In this document: positions 28,393-41,296 of the stretch, one piece after another
Layout: every line of letters begins with the position of its first letter
How positions within the stretch are numbered: the stretch's first letter is position 1
Source: Octopus vulgaris
Lineage: Eukaryota
Assembly: GCA_951406725.2 (NCBI GenBank)
Contig: OX597819.1
Span: forward strand, 33,666,001 to 33,730,000
DNA: 64,000 bases
Reading direction: 5' to 3'
Program-made: the position numbers and the translations under genes
Notes under the pieces: model-generated
What the model saw: only the letters and a program-made list of their open reading frames with translations
What the model was told of the DNA's origin: nothing
The model's database searches: none

Positions 28393-29145
28393 GGATCTTT
28401 TCGGTTTGAATGGCAGTTTTTTTAAATAATTTCTATGTAATTAAAAAATTTTAAACTTCGAATACTGGTAGAATGTGTTTATAAAACATCTTTTTCTCTT
28501 GGCTTTCTTGAGAAAATTCTATAGTTTGTAAGATATTTGGTCTTTAATTTCTTGCATTTCGGCAATTTCAACCAATAAATGACGTCTATTGAGGTGAAAG
28601 CGATTTCTGCGGTAACATTTTATGGCGGCGTCATATGAAAATGTCCTTGTTTTTTATGAGAAAAAAGATACCCTGTGGCCATAACCTGAGGATCACTCGT
28701 AAACAGAGCTGGATAACAAAACCGTTCCCTCTTTAGTGTCCACCCATAATTATGACCCTAGTATCGATCTATTGCATTTCAATCTGTTTTAGGGTTAGGG
28801 TTAGGGTTAAGGTTAGGGCTAGGGTTTAGGTTAGGGTTAGAGTTTGGGGGAAGGGTATCTCTTTTTCTTTACAAATGTAAATAAACCCAATCTGTTTCTT
28901 AAACGAGGGACATTTTCATATTTAACCGCCAGAAAATTTTCACCTCAATACACGTCATTGATTGATTGAAACTGCCAAATTTGAAGAAAATATCTTACAA
29001 ATATCTTACAAACCACAGAATTTTCTCAATAAAGCCAAGAGAAAAAGATGTTTTATAAACACATTCTACCAGTATACGAAGTTAAAATTTTTTTAGTTAA
29101 ATAGAAATTATTTTTAAAAAACTGTCCGTCAAACCGAAAAGATCC
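28393..29145. mobile_element. Same MITE family, longer fold-back variant
   Basis: TIRs; TSD ataatccc/ataatcac; ~200-bp inverted arms; about 9 TTAGGG-like units at 28789-28843. Confidence 0.9.
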
Positions 29146-29483
29146 ATAATCACATATCTAAAATACATAGAATAAATAATATCTTTTGGAATAATAACAA
29201 CAGCAACACAACGAATTTTAAAGTAATTATTGTATTATATTTATGCATATTTTTCGACAGAGTTATTTCCCTTGGCACTTGCTGTTTCTTATTTAAGGCA
29301 CTCAATAGTTTTAGTCATATATAAGGTTATAAATTAATAATCAGGAAGTTATTTTTTTCGATCTCTGCTTATCAAATGATTTAATACACTTTTTGCTTAA
29401 AATGATGTAACTCAACAAGTTAGCATTGTTGGATCTTTTCGGATTTGGGAGACGGAAACTGAAAGAAGCCTGTCGTATATATG

Positions 29484-29515
<32 letters not shown>

Positions 29516-29528
29516 CTACCACTACTAC

Positions 29529-29572
<44 letters not shown>

Positions 29573-30766
29573 GTATGTGTGTATGTTTGTGTGTCTATGT
29601 TTGTTAACCCCAAGATCACCAATGGTGGTGCGTTTACATCCGACAAAATGACCGATAAAATAAGTACTAGGCTTGCTAAGAATAAGTTCTGGGGTCGATT
29701 TACTCGACTAAAGGCGGTGCTCCAGCATGGCCTCAGTCATATGACTGAAACAAGTAAAAGAGTAAAAAGAGTAAATTCGGATTCAAAAATTATGTATCTC
29801 TTTTACTCTTTTACTTGTTTCAGTCATTTGACTGCGGCCATGCTGGAGCACCGCCTTTAGTCGAGCAAATCAACCCCGGGACTTATTCTTTGTAAGCCCA
29901 GTACTTATTCTATCGGTCTCTTTTGCCGAACCGCTAAGTGACAGGGACGTAAACACACCAGCATCGGTTGTTAAGCAATGCTAGGGGGACAAACACAGAC
30001 ACACAACACACACATATATATATACATATATACGACAGGCTTCTTTCAGTTTTCGTCTACCAAATCCACTCACAAGGCATTGGTCGGCCCGGGGCTATAG
30101 CAGAAGACACTTGCCCAAGATGCCACGCAGTGGGATTGAACCCGGAACCATGTGGTTGGTTAGCAAGCTACTTACCACACAGCCACTCCTGCGCCTATGA
30201 TATGATAGATTAAAAAATTTTTTAAAGATAATCGTAAACAGTGATGAAAACCACAAAGATCCTTAACTTACTTCAGTCATTTAACTGTGGCCATGCTGGA
30301 GCACTGCCTTAGAGGGTTTTAGTCAAACAAATCGACCCCGAGTCTTATTCTTTGTAAGCCTAGTACTTATTCTATCAATCTCTTTTGGCAAACCACTAGA
30401 GTACGAGGATATAAACTCACAAGAACCAGTTGTCAAGCGGCGAGGAGGGAACAAACACAGACACAGGTCTTCTTTCAGTTTCCGTCTACCAAATCCACTC
30501 ACAAGGCTTTAGTTAGCTCAAGGCTATAGTAGTAGAAGACACTTGCCTAAGATGCCATGCAGTGGGACTGAACCCAGAACCAATGTGGTTGGGAAGCAAG
30601 CTTCTTACCACACAGCCACGACTGGTGTGCTGTTCAAGGGGTATGTCAGGATCTCGGTCATTTATACGTCATAGAAACCAGGTAACTGGCCCAGTGAATC
30701 CTAGTACTCAAAGACATTAATATCCAGGGGACTTACTACTACTACTACTACTACTACTACATATAT

Positions 30767-30987
30767 ATTTCTTTACTACCCACAAGGGGCCAAACACAGA
30801 GAGGACTGACAAACAGGTTAAGTCGATTAAATCGACCCCAGTGCGTAACTGGTACTTAATTTATCGACCCCGAAAGGATGAAAGGCAAAGTCGACCTCGG
30901 CGGAATTTGAACTCAGAATGTAACGGCAGACGAAATACGGCTACGCATTTCGCACGACGTGCTAACGTTTCTGCCAGCTCGCCGCCT
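30767..30987 (-). mobile_element. SINE family B (head ggcggcgagctggcagaaacgttagc, body gcctttcatcctttcggggtcgataaattaagtacc)
   Basis: gagttcaaattcc B box; copies near 3335-3468, 7433-7648, 21880-22072, 22753-23500, 24260-24490, 26038-26250, 26370-26602, 33125-33356, 48648-49092, 56000-56208. Confidence 0.85.
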
Positions 30988-31978
30988 TTTCTACTACTAC
31001 ATATAGTGTGTCTGTGCACCCTTGCATGCATATATGTGTGTATGCATATGTATATGAAGGTGTGTGTGTGTGTGTGTGTGTGCATTTATGCAAGTTGGGG
31101 CATCTGAATAGCATACTTTTAAAACAAATGTCGATTTACTCGTTGATGTGGTGGCATATATTTTCTGTTGATCGAATTTTATTCACAATGCAATGCTGGA
31201 CTAAGATTTATTCATAGAAAACATTTGGCAAATTTTCCATTACGCTCAAACTCTATATCATGGGACTGATAAGGAAACTTCCTAATCGCATGGCCATAAC
31301 TGTATCCATACCACATCAAGAAAACAAGAACCAATAATATACACAGGAGGAGGAGGATCGGCATCATCATCATCATTTAGCATCTGCATTCCATGCTGGT
31401 ATGACTGGATGGTTTAACAGGGTCCAGCAAATATAAAGACATATGTTGAGCTGTACTGTGTGATCTTTCATGGTTCCTATGACTAGATGCCCTTTCTAAT
31501 GTCAACTACTTTACAGAGTGAGCTGGGTGCTTTTTTCTTTGTGTATCACTGGTATATGTGAACACACTATGTAGCTTACAAGACAAGACCCTTTGATTGA
31601 ATGGGAGTGTAGTATTGAGAGAGGTGGCTTATGCTTGGAGTATGATAGAGGTAGAGGAACGGGTCTCTTGCATTCGAGGAGAGACATGGCTAACCCAGCT
31701 GGAAAAGGAGAGAAGATGCTGGAGACGAGATGTTATGTATACCTTCAAGAAACAAAAGAGCAAATGCATGGATGCGGATGAGGATGGAGTACCAGTGTGG
31801 GAGATGGGGATCAGACAATCAGGTAAATTTGCAAGAATGTGAGGTGAGCAACAGATTGGTAGGGGTAGGGAATATAGGGATACAGGTAATGTACTGAAGA
31901 AGGGGACAGTATCAATAATTAACTAAAGTGGTTATTAAATCAGTTTCCCTAAAATAGATAAGAAAAAATGCAACTTAC

Positions 31979-32118
31979 ATGTTTACGACTGTCTGTCGCA
32001 TATTTGAGTATTTTTTGTTCAGGTTCCGAACTCTCTGAATCACTCTTGCTGGAAATATCATCAGGAGGCAGTGCATAGTCGCAGGAGATATCTGAGAGTT
32101 CGGAATGGCACGAAACAC
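31979..32118 (-). CDS. PLEKHH2: PLEKHH1/2-like exon (GVSCHSELSDISCDYALPPDD...ATDSRKH), 140 nt, phase 1/0
   Basis: tttgtag acceptor, gtaagt donor; DYALPPD and SEPEQK resemble the PLEKHH DYAIPPD...SEPEHK segment before PH1. Confidence 0.9.
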
Positions 32119-32606
32119 CTACAAATAATGAAGACAACCAAAATTAATTGTCACAGTTGGAAATAGATTTTTATATCCATTTTTTTTTTCACATGTTTCA
32201 GTCATTAAACAGTGGCAATGCAGGGATTCTGCCATGAAGAATTTTTGGTTGAATGAATCAAATCCTGTACTTATTCTAATGGATCTATTTTGCTGAACTG
32301 CTAAGTTAGAGAGACATAAATACACCAACAGCAGTTGTCAAGATATGGTAGCTGGCAAACATAAATGCAAAGACACACACACACACACACACACACACAT
32401 CAGTGACATATGGTGGTTTTTGTATTGGGTGTCCTGTCGCACCCAAGGCCACCAAATTTCAAGCAGGGGTATAACAAAAGTTTTCCATTAAGATTTGTGA
32501 TTAAATTAATGAGTAGGGTTAATATTTATAGTGAATTTGACATTTCTGATGGGTGTGCAACACATACCTAGCATACCCTCAATATGCTCCCTTGAAACAC
32601 ACACAC

Positions 32607-32680
<74 letters not shown>

Positions 32681-35200
32681 GACAGGTTTCTTTCAGTTTC
32701 AGTCAACCAATTCACTCACAAGGCTTTGATTGGCCTGAGGCTAAGACACTCGTCCAAGGTGCCACACAATGGGACTGAACCCAGAACCATGTCGTTGGGA
32801 TGTAAGGCTCTTACCACACAGCCAAAATGGTTCTCAGATAGTAAGTTGTGTGGCACAGGTGCAGCACAAAAGAATCTATATGTATGTACTGCAGTGCACT
32901 GGTGCAGGATAAGAGACATGAATGCCTGATGCAGTGCAAGGGGAATCTAGATGCACTGCAGTGGACTGATGCTCCACAAGTTGCATTATCCATGTGTGCT
33001 CCAGTGCATGGATGCAGTACAAAGGAGTTGCTATGTGTGCTACGGTGCACTGGAACAGTACAGGCATTAACTATGTGTTCTGCAATGCACTGGTACAGCA
33101 AAAGTGGAATCCAGGCATGCATCTTATTTCTTTATTGCCCACAAGGGGCTAAACATAGTGGGGACAAACAAGGACAGACAAAGGGATTAAGTCGATTAAA
33201 TCAACCCAAGTTGTAACTGGTACTTAATTTATCGACCCTGAAAAGATGAAAGGCAAAGTTAACCTCGGCAGAATTTGAACTCAGAACGTAATAGTAGACA
33301 AAATACCGCTAAGCATTTTGCCCGGCATACTAACGCTTCTGCCAGCTCACCACCTTAGAATCCAGGCATGCATCTGTGCACATGTGTAATATAAATGGTA
33401 TCTAGATGTAATTCAGAACACCGAAACACAATTAAAGGGTTTCTAGGTCACAACAGATTTTTGAAAATATAATTTGAACCTTTAGCATTTAAACTGGCCA
33501 TATCTGGCCCAAATATTCTGCTTGTTTTACATGAAAACCAGCCAGATCCAGCCTCTCATACTGACCATACGATGTTATTCTAAAAATAAGCAATTGTATT
33601 AGCCCTTTAGCATCTAAACCAGTTGTATTCAGCCCAAATATTCAGTCTGTTTTCTCTTCAAACTGGTCAAAGCTGGCCTTTCACCATATACAATCACATT
33701 ATCAAAATCTCAAGGCTATGAAATAATGCATGGTTAATTTAAAATGATGTGAATACATAAGCATTTCATTTAACAGAGCAATTTGAATGCTAAAGAGGTA
33801 AGGCTTTAAAATATCCATACTAAAAATTTTTAGTGTTTTGAAAACATCATTTAGATTTGTTTTATACATATTAATTAAACAAAGAAAAAATAATTTCTTT
33901 CATATTTTTTTTTGAATGTTTGACTTACAAAGATTTTTTAAAAAATTTCTTATGCAAAGAATGAGGCAATTTTCTTTATCTAATTTCCACTGTCACAACA
34001 TTAAAAAAGAGTGGTTGCCAAATTAAAATAAAAACAGAGGGAACAATTTTATATAATATTTTTTAAATATTGTTATACTTGTGACTAGTTGTCTTTTACC
34101 AATTAAACACATACTATTTATTTGATCTCCATTTTAGCTTTATTATTCCAGAAATGGAATAAGCAGGACAAGAGGAGACTGAAAGCCACTGAAGAAGTCA
34201 CAGAATGTGTGATGAAAGAATTTTGACAAATAAAATAAATTTTAATAATAATAAAGCTACTAAAGTGAAGACCAAATTTATAGTGTGTATGTTTAATTGG
34301 CAAAATATGACCATCTCCAAATATAATATCTGTTTAACACACAGATTCACATCAAGAATCTTACAAAACAAATACAAAAATATAAAAGAATTTTAATATT
34401 TCATTGAAAATAACATATGAAACAGTGTTGTTTGGCTTAGTGGCTGAAGGTTTTGAGGAAAGTTCATTTAATATTACATTAAAAGGAATTAATAACATTT
34501 AGAAGACAGAGTGCAGTCATGGATTTCAGTTTTTGTTTAATGCCTTATTGAAGTAAAGACCAATTCCATGAGTGTAGGGCTCTCAAGACAGGTGGGAAGA
34601 AAAGATGGAAAGAAGCTGGAGACTTGCTCTGAATGCAAAAGGGTAGACTCCATCCAAAGTGCACAAGGACCAGGAGATGATGATAAGTTGGGGGATAGTT
34701 TAAGACTACCAGCCAAGGATAGGTAGAGTCTATGCAATGACTTTCTACAATCTGTAGTAAGTTTAATTTTACTGACAAAGCTCATGACAAGCAGATGCTT
34801 TGATAAATGACACTTCCTTGAAGTATCTTGCAGTGGGATTGAACCCTGAATTATGTGATCATGAACTGAACATCTTAACCTTGTGTCCTATTCCAAGCCC
34901 ATGTACTATTCATCAATTTTAATTACTCTTGCTGTTTACACACAAATTACCTTTTCATGGTATTTTATTTACTGCTATATGGACTGGACCTACCATTTTA
35001 AGGACAGGAACCAAACATGACACAGCAATGGTAACATGGTGTGTATACTACATGGACAAGTTCATATATATACAACACAGAGTCAGTGGATTGGTTCACC
35101 AAAAGTTGCCTGTCACTAGTCATAGCAAACATTAAAGATATACTATATGGACTGGTCCACCAAAGCTGACCATCACTGATTATAGCAAAGCTTTAGTGAC

Positions 35201-35281
<81 letters not shown>

Positions 35282-37394
35282 TATATGGCTCAGTGGTTAG
35301 AGCATCACACTCACAATCATGAGGTAGTGAATTCAATTCCTGGACCAGGCTGTGTGAAATAAAGTGTCTTGAGCGAGACACTTTATTTTATGTTGCTCCA
35401 GTTCATTCAGTTGTAGAAATGGGTTGCAACATCACTAGTGCCAAGCTGTATCAACCTTTGTCTTTCCCTTGGATAACATCGGTGGCATGGAGAGGTGAGG
35501 CTGGTATGCCTGGGTGACTGTTGGTCTTCTATAAAACAACCTTACTTCGACTTGTGCCTTGGAGGTTAACTTTCTAAGTACAATCCCATGGTCATTCATG
35601 ACCAGAGGGAGTCTTTTACCCTTTATACTATATGGAGTGACCCACCCAAGTCTTGATCTTCAGTGGACATACCACAGGGCTGATGACATGATATATTTAC
35701 TGTCAAATATTGCAGTGCTGCTTTGATATTTTATTTATACAGTGAACACATACATGCCTGAAGTATTAAGAAGTTTGCTTTGCAATCATAAATCAAGACG
35801 TACAGGGTTGAGTCATATTGTGCAGCATCTTCTACGTGTGTCTTTTACCTTAGCCTTAGACTGATTCAAACTTTCGAGATAAACTAGGGAAGCAGATACT
35901 GTGTGGAGGTCCATCAGATTCAGCGTACATGTAATTCAAAGATACAACTTTGTCACATATTGTGTCTTGCTGATTTAGCTTGAAAGTTGCGTTACCAGGT
36001 TAACAATATACATGTCTGTGGACAACATACATGTCTTAGCCACTTATCCCTTAATTTGATGATTAGGAAGCACTATCCGAATCGTGGCTGATGCCAGTGC
36101 CGCCTCGACTGGCTTCTGTGTCAGTGGCATGTAAAAAGCACCATCCAAATCGTGGCTGAAGCCAGTGCCGCCTCGACTGGCTTCTGTGCAGGTGGCACGT
36201 AAAAAGCACCCACTACACTTGCGGAGTGGTTGGCGTTAGGAAGGGCATCCAGCTGTAGAAACATTGCCAGATAAGACCGGAGCCTGGTGCAGCCTTCTGG
36301 CTTCCCAGATCCCCAGTCGAACCGTCCAACCCATGCTAGCATGGAGAACGGACATTAAACGATGATGATGATGATGATGAAGTTTAATTGATTGAACAAC
36401 TGAATGCTTACCATTAAAACTAATAGAGAATCTGCTACTCACTATCATCTATAAACAATCACCTGTTTCACTCATATCCACACATAGCAATTAATAAATA
36501 AATATGTGACATGTGATAGCTGTATTAGCAGTTATGTCAAGTAGATCAAGGTTTGATGAGAATAGAATAGAAGCTATATCATAATTCATTGATAGATTCC
36601 TAGCTAGTGGAAGGAATGGTTCCATTTTATGCATTAGGAATTTTTTAAAAGATATACTCTTTTACTCTTTTACTTGTTTCACTGTGGCCATGCTAGAGCA
36701 CCGCCTTTAGTCGAGCAAATCAACCCCAGGACTTATTCTTTGTAAGCCTAGTACTTATTGTATTGGTCTCTTTTGCCAAACTGCTAAGTTATGGGGATGT
36801 AAACACACCAACATCGGTTGTCAAGCGATGTTGGGAAGACAAACACAGACACATAAACACACACACACATATATATATACATATACATATATACGATGGG
36901 CTTCTTTCAGTTTCCATCTACCAAATCTACTCACAAGGCTTTGGTCAGCCCATGAGTATAGTTGAAGAAACTTGCCCAAGGTGCCACGCAGTGGGACTGA
37001 ACCCTGAACCATGTGGTTGGTAAGCAAGCTACTTACCACACAGCCACCCCTACACCTATATAATTCAATATTTTTATATTTAGTTCTTTCTTAGCACTAA
37101 ATATTGAGTCTTGTTTCTAGCTAACACAGAAGAAATCAAAGTTTAAAAAAATCAAGTCGATACTAAACACCTTATAAATTCTGTCACAGTTCATGATTGG
37201 TGACTAAACAAACACAGGATTTTGTGAAACCCACCTAAGTTCACTAATGTCTTGCTGTGATATTGTATTTTCCAGCATATAAATTGCTATAGTATATTGG
37301 TTTAGTGGTTTATGATTACAACTGCACATCAATATGAACACAATGTAAGTATAATGGAAATAAACAAGTAACTAAAATTCTTGTTGCATGCTGT

Positions 37395-37862
37395 AATCAT
37401 CATCATTGTTCGACCGTGGTCGAGACAATGGAATTTACCATGCTACGCCAGACTTCATGGTCCATCATAGCATTATGGAGGTCCTGTTGCTGGATGCCTG
37501 TATCCCTGGAGATTACACCAGGGTAGGAGAGTGTGTGCCCTCTGGTATCGCGAGTAGATGGCTTCAAGAGGAGAAGAGTAGAAATTGCCTCATTTTCAGC
37601 TCTACAACAATGTCCAGCAAACTGGATTCTCCTACCTTTCACAAGAGATGACACAGGTGGTAGTTTTCCATATATATGCTGTAATGGTGGACCTGATAGT
37701 CACCATTGCCTCAATTTCAGCTCTACAACAATGTCCAGCAAACTGGACTCTCCTACCTTTCACAAGAGATGACACAGGTAGTAGTTTCCCATATATATGC
37801 TGTAATGGTGGACCTGATAGTCACCATCTTTCCAAATCCTGCAGCATTTTGCATGGAATTTT
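37395..37862 (-). mobile_element. RTE-like LINE 3' fragment with a ~120-bp tandem duplication
   Basis: RRIQFAGHCCR...W motif and (GAT)n tail; about 37584-37704 is repeated at about 37705-37826. Confidence 0.75.
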
Positions 37863-38032
37863 TGGTCCTTCAAAGTTGTCACAGTGTATAAAGTTGGTCT
37901 GCTTTTTGTTTGCAGTATATTTTGGTCTGAACAATTTGGCTTATATGCCAGAAAATAAGGTACTTAAAAATTAAAAAATTTCAATTTGGTAGGGAGCATT
38001 AATCTGTGATTTGTGCCTCATTCTTTACTTAC

Positions 38033-38095
38033 CCTTGTCAGTCTTGGAGCTTTTTCTGAAGACAATACATGTTGCTTCCCTTTCTTCTACTTTGA
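38033..38095 (-). CDS. PLEKHH2: Candidate 63-nt symmetric cassette exon (VKVEEREATCIVFRKSSKTDK-G), phase 1/1
   Basis: tactttaag acceptor, G|gtaagt donor; stop-free in the required frame; 97-nt intron from the previous exon. Confidence 0.5.
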
Positions 38096-38192
38096 CTTAA
38101 AGTATTACAAATAAAATCTATTCAAACTACAAAGAGAAATACACTAAGTTGAGATGCCAACAACACTTGCAAAGAACTGTGGAGATAATTAC

Positions 38193-38394
38193 CTCTCTTA
38201 ACAGCACCAGAGCTACTCTGGTTGATTGCTGTCTTTCGTATGGAAAGGGAGCTGAATGTGTGTCCACTAACTGGGCTGGTCACTGATTCTATTGCCTCTG
38301 ATTGGCCACTGTATAATCCAGTACATGCCTCGTCATCAGATGAGTCTGATGTAGTATCATCCATGAATGGAGATTTGCGGATTTGAGCTGCTTT
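38193..38394 (-). CDS. PLEKHH2: PLEKHH1/2-like exon (KAAQIRKSPFMDDTTSDSSDDE...SSGAVKR-G), 202 nt, phase 0/1
   Basis: tttcag acceptor, gtaatt donor; open frame continuing the TLKG|KAAQI motif. Confidence 0.85.
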
Positions 38395-38536
38395 CTGAAA
38401 GTAGTAAATAAAAATAACTGTAACAACATCATTTGTAGTGCTAGTGGTGGTGGGTTATTGGTATTAGTGGTGGTTGTGGGGTTTTGGTGTAAGTGGTATT
38501 GGTGGTGGTGGTGGTAGTAGTGGTAGTAGTAGTAGC

Positions 38537-38601
<65 letters not shown>

Positions 38602-39562
38602 TAGTAGTAGTGTCAGCTGGAGGAGGGAGAGATTGTTGGAGGTCGGCGAGAGAGGTTGTCGGAGGTTGTTGAGAGGCAAAGACATTATTCTGCTTAGCAA
38701 AGGCATCTGGGAAATGTGTAACTGCTGTTATTCACAGAAATACTATTGTTTTACTGTGAGAAAATCACTGTTGAATTGTTAAGTGAAATTTGGCAATCGA
38801 GGATCAAATCCACGCTATGACTACATGAAGCCACTACAAACAGAAAAAGTGTAACCGTAAAAATTCAGGATTATCGAAGTAATGGGCATTCAAAAAAGTA
38901 TGTATGTATAGAAATGTATGAATGAAGTCTTTAATGTTTAAGATTCAAATTAAGGAAGTGCAATAATAATGTTTAGCAGTTCAAGGCTGTGAGCAGTGAA
39001 ATACAGAATTATATTGGCTGATCATGAGAATCAAATATTCATCGCTTCGTTATAGGTATAGGTTATTTCCCTGGGGTTGTTTAAATATAATATTAGTAAT
39101 ATGCAATAGATAGAAGGATCCATTTGAAGGATTTTTTTTAACAATCTAAGTATGTCATGAGGTTTCCAGACATGAATTTTACTCACATGTCAAATAAATT
39201 ATAAAAGTGATATTATCTGCAAAAATTAGAAATAGGACACACAAAAAATTCAATATTCAAAATAATCAAACATAAACAATGAAATGGGTTATTTCCTTTG
39301 AATGTTTAAAGAAATATTGTACAGGTGTTAAGGATTATTTCCCTTGGGTGTTTAAGAAAAAAGAAATTAGTTATATGAGGTAGATATAAAAGACCCTTCC
39401 ATGCACTGTAGTAATGATTTTTTCAACAAGTATGTCATGAGGTTTCCATACATGAATTCTATTTGTATGTCGAGTTTCATCAAAATCAGTAAAACAATGA
39501 AGGAGGAGTTAGCTAACAACACCACAAACAAACACACACCAGTTTTCCGCACATGTAGTAGA

Positions 39563-40472
39563 CTAGCTAACATACCCGGTAATTCCCAGGAAATCAGGGC
39601 TTATCCCTTGGTTCCATTCTCATAATTGTTTCACAAACAACAATACAAAGTATGTAGCCCTTAAAACTGTTTTTGTGCATTTATTGAGAATAGTGAACTT
39701 CTTACACAGGATCTTGTTTTTAGGAATTTCCAGTAAGTCATGAATACCCAAATTGTGAAGTCAGTTATGTAATAACATGAAATCAATTATCTGATAGTAA
39801 GAATTCAGATAAAGTAGCTCTGGAAAGGGCTTTAATATATTCTCAGAGTATATAGAACTTAGGAGGAAATACTAATAAGGAATGTATACTAAAATCGTGA
39901 AGCATGTTATGTAATAACAGGCTAATTAGATATGAGATAATAACAATTCAAAGTAAATAACTCTGAAAAAAGCTTTTGTGCATTCGCAGAGAATATTACC
40001 CTCAGCAGTGCTAGTGTTAGTATATTCGTGAATAAGTCACTAACGAAAATAAGTGGATATATTGTTTAAGAAAATGCTATTTACTTGTTTAAGCATTGTA
40101 CTGGATGAATTGTGAAAATAAGTCAAATAGTTCAAATACGAAGAAATAACCATATTCAATTTGATTAATATGAAATAATTTATGACCATGAATGGGTTAT
40201 TTCCCTTTATATAAGGATCCCTTTGCAGGAGCAAATGGGTTGTTTCCCTTGGATGTTTAAAAATAATATATTAGTTATATGTAGTTGATAAAAGAATCCC
40301 TTCCAGAAGCCCTGATATCGACTTTTTCAACAATCTAAGTATGTCACTAGTTTTCCAGACATGAGTTCTACTCACATGTCAAGTTTCATCAAAATCAATA
40401 AAACGATGTAGGAGGAGTTAGCTAACAACGTCACAAACAAACACACCCACAGATTTCCATATATGTAGTAGA
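39563..40472 (-). mobile_element. Non-autonomous Helitron-like element, second family
   Basis: Minus strand A|TCTACTACAT...CTAG with a subterminal ccgg-containing hairpin; its 5' ~300 nt resemble 39280-39562. Confidence 0.7.
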
Positions 40473-40483
40473 TATGTATATGT

Positions 40484-40544
<61 letters not shown>

Positions 40545-40972
40545 TATATATACATGCATGGATATATATATGCATACATAATCTACTCTCACACACACAC
40601 ACACACTGCCTCTTTTGTACAGACTCAGTGAAACATTTATAATTAGAACTACTAGGTGAGTACTTAGTCTGCTAGAAGAAGCAGCCAAATCCCCCTCAAG
40701 CTATGCCCTACATGCTTAAAAATGGAAAAGACATGATTTGGATTACAGTTCTTGTTGTATTGTCACATAAATAGAAGGGATGTTCATAACTGGAATTCTT
40801 TGATAAGTTCCTTACTTTTTTCATCTGTTGTTGTTTCTGTCTCATTTCTAGCTTAATCCAACGACCCTATGATAAAAGACATTCCAACCATGACCATCTG
40901 GCTCACTGTTTTCAAGTATTGCACATGTAGGACTACATATTCCAACATGTCTATTTTTTTAAGCCACTAGAG

Positions 40973-41296
40973 CAGGGGTTCTCAACCAGGGTCCACATAA
41001 GATTTTGGGGGTCCAAGCAAGAAAATTGTAAATTAGGGATCCACAATAGTATTCTAAAAGCCCCTGAAAAACATATTGCCTTAGATGTATGTATTGCAAG
41101 AAACAGCTAGGTTTCTTTCTCCAAGATTTGACATAGTTCAACCTACACAAATTGATGTGTGAAAAACAAAATAAGAATTTTGAAAAAAGTCTCTATAAAA
41201 CTAGTTTTTAAACATTAAATGGTTATAGGAGTCCACCAGAATAAAATAGGGATCAAAAAGGTCTCTAGGTAAAAAAAAAATTGTTGAGAACCCCTG
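40973..41296. mobile_element. hAT-like MITE
   Basis: TIR CAGGGGTTCTCAAC; 8-bp TSD cactagag/cagtagag. Confidence 0.85.

Noticed and set aside
28789-28843. True telomere or chromosome fusion scar
   Set aside because: Short degenerate tract internal to a TIR- and TSD-bounded MITE.
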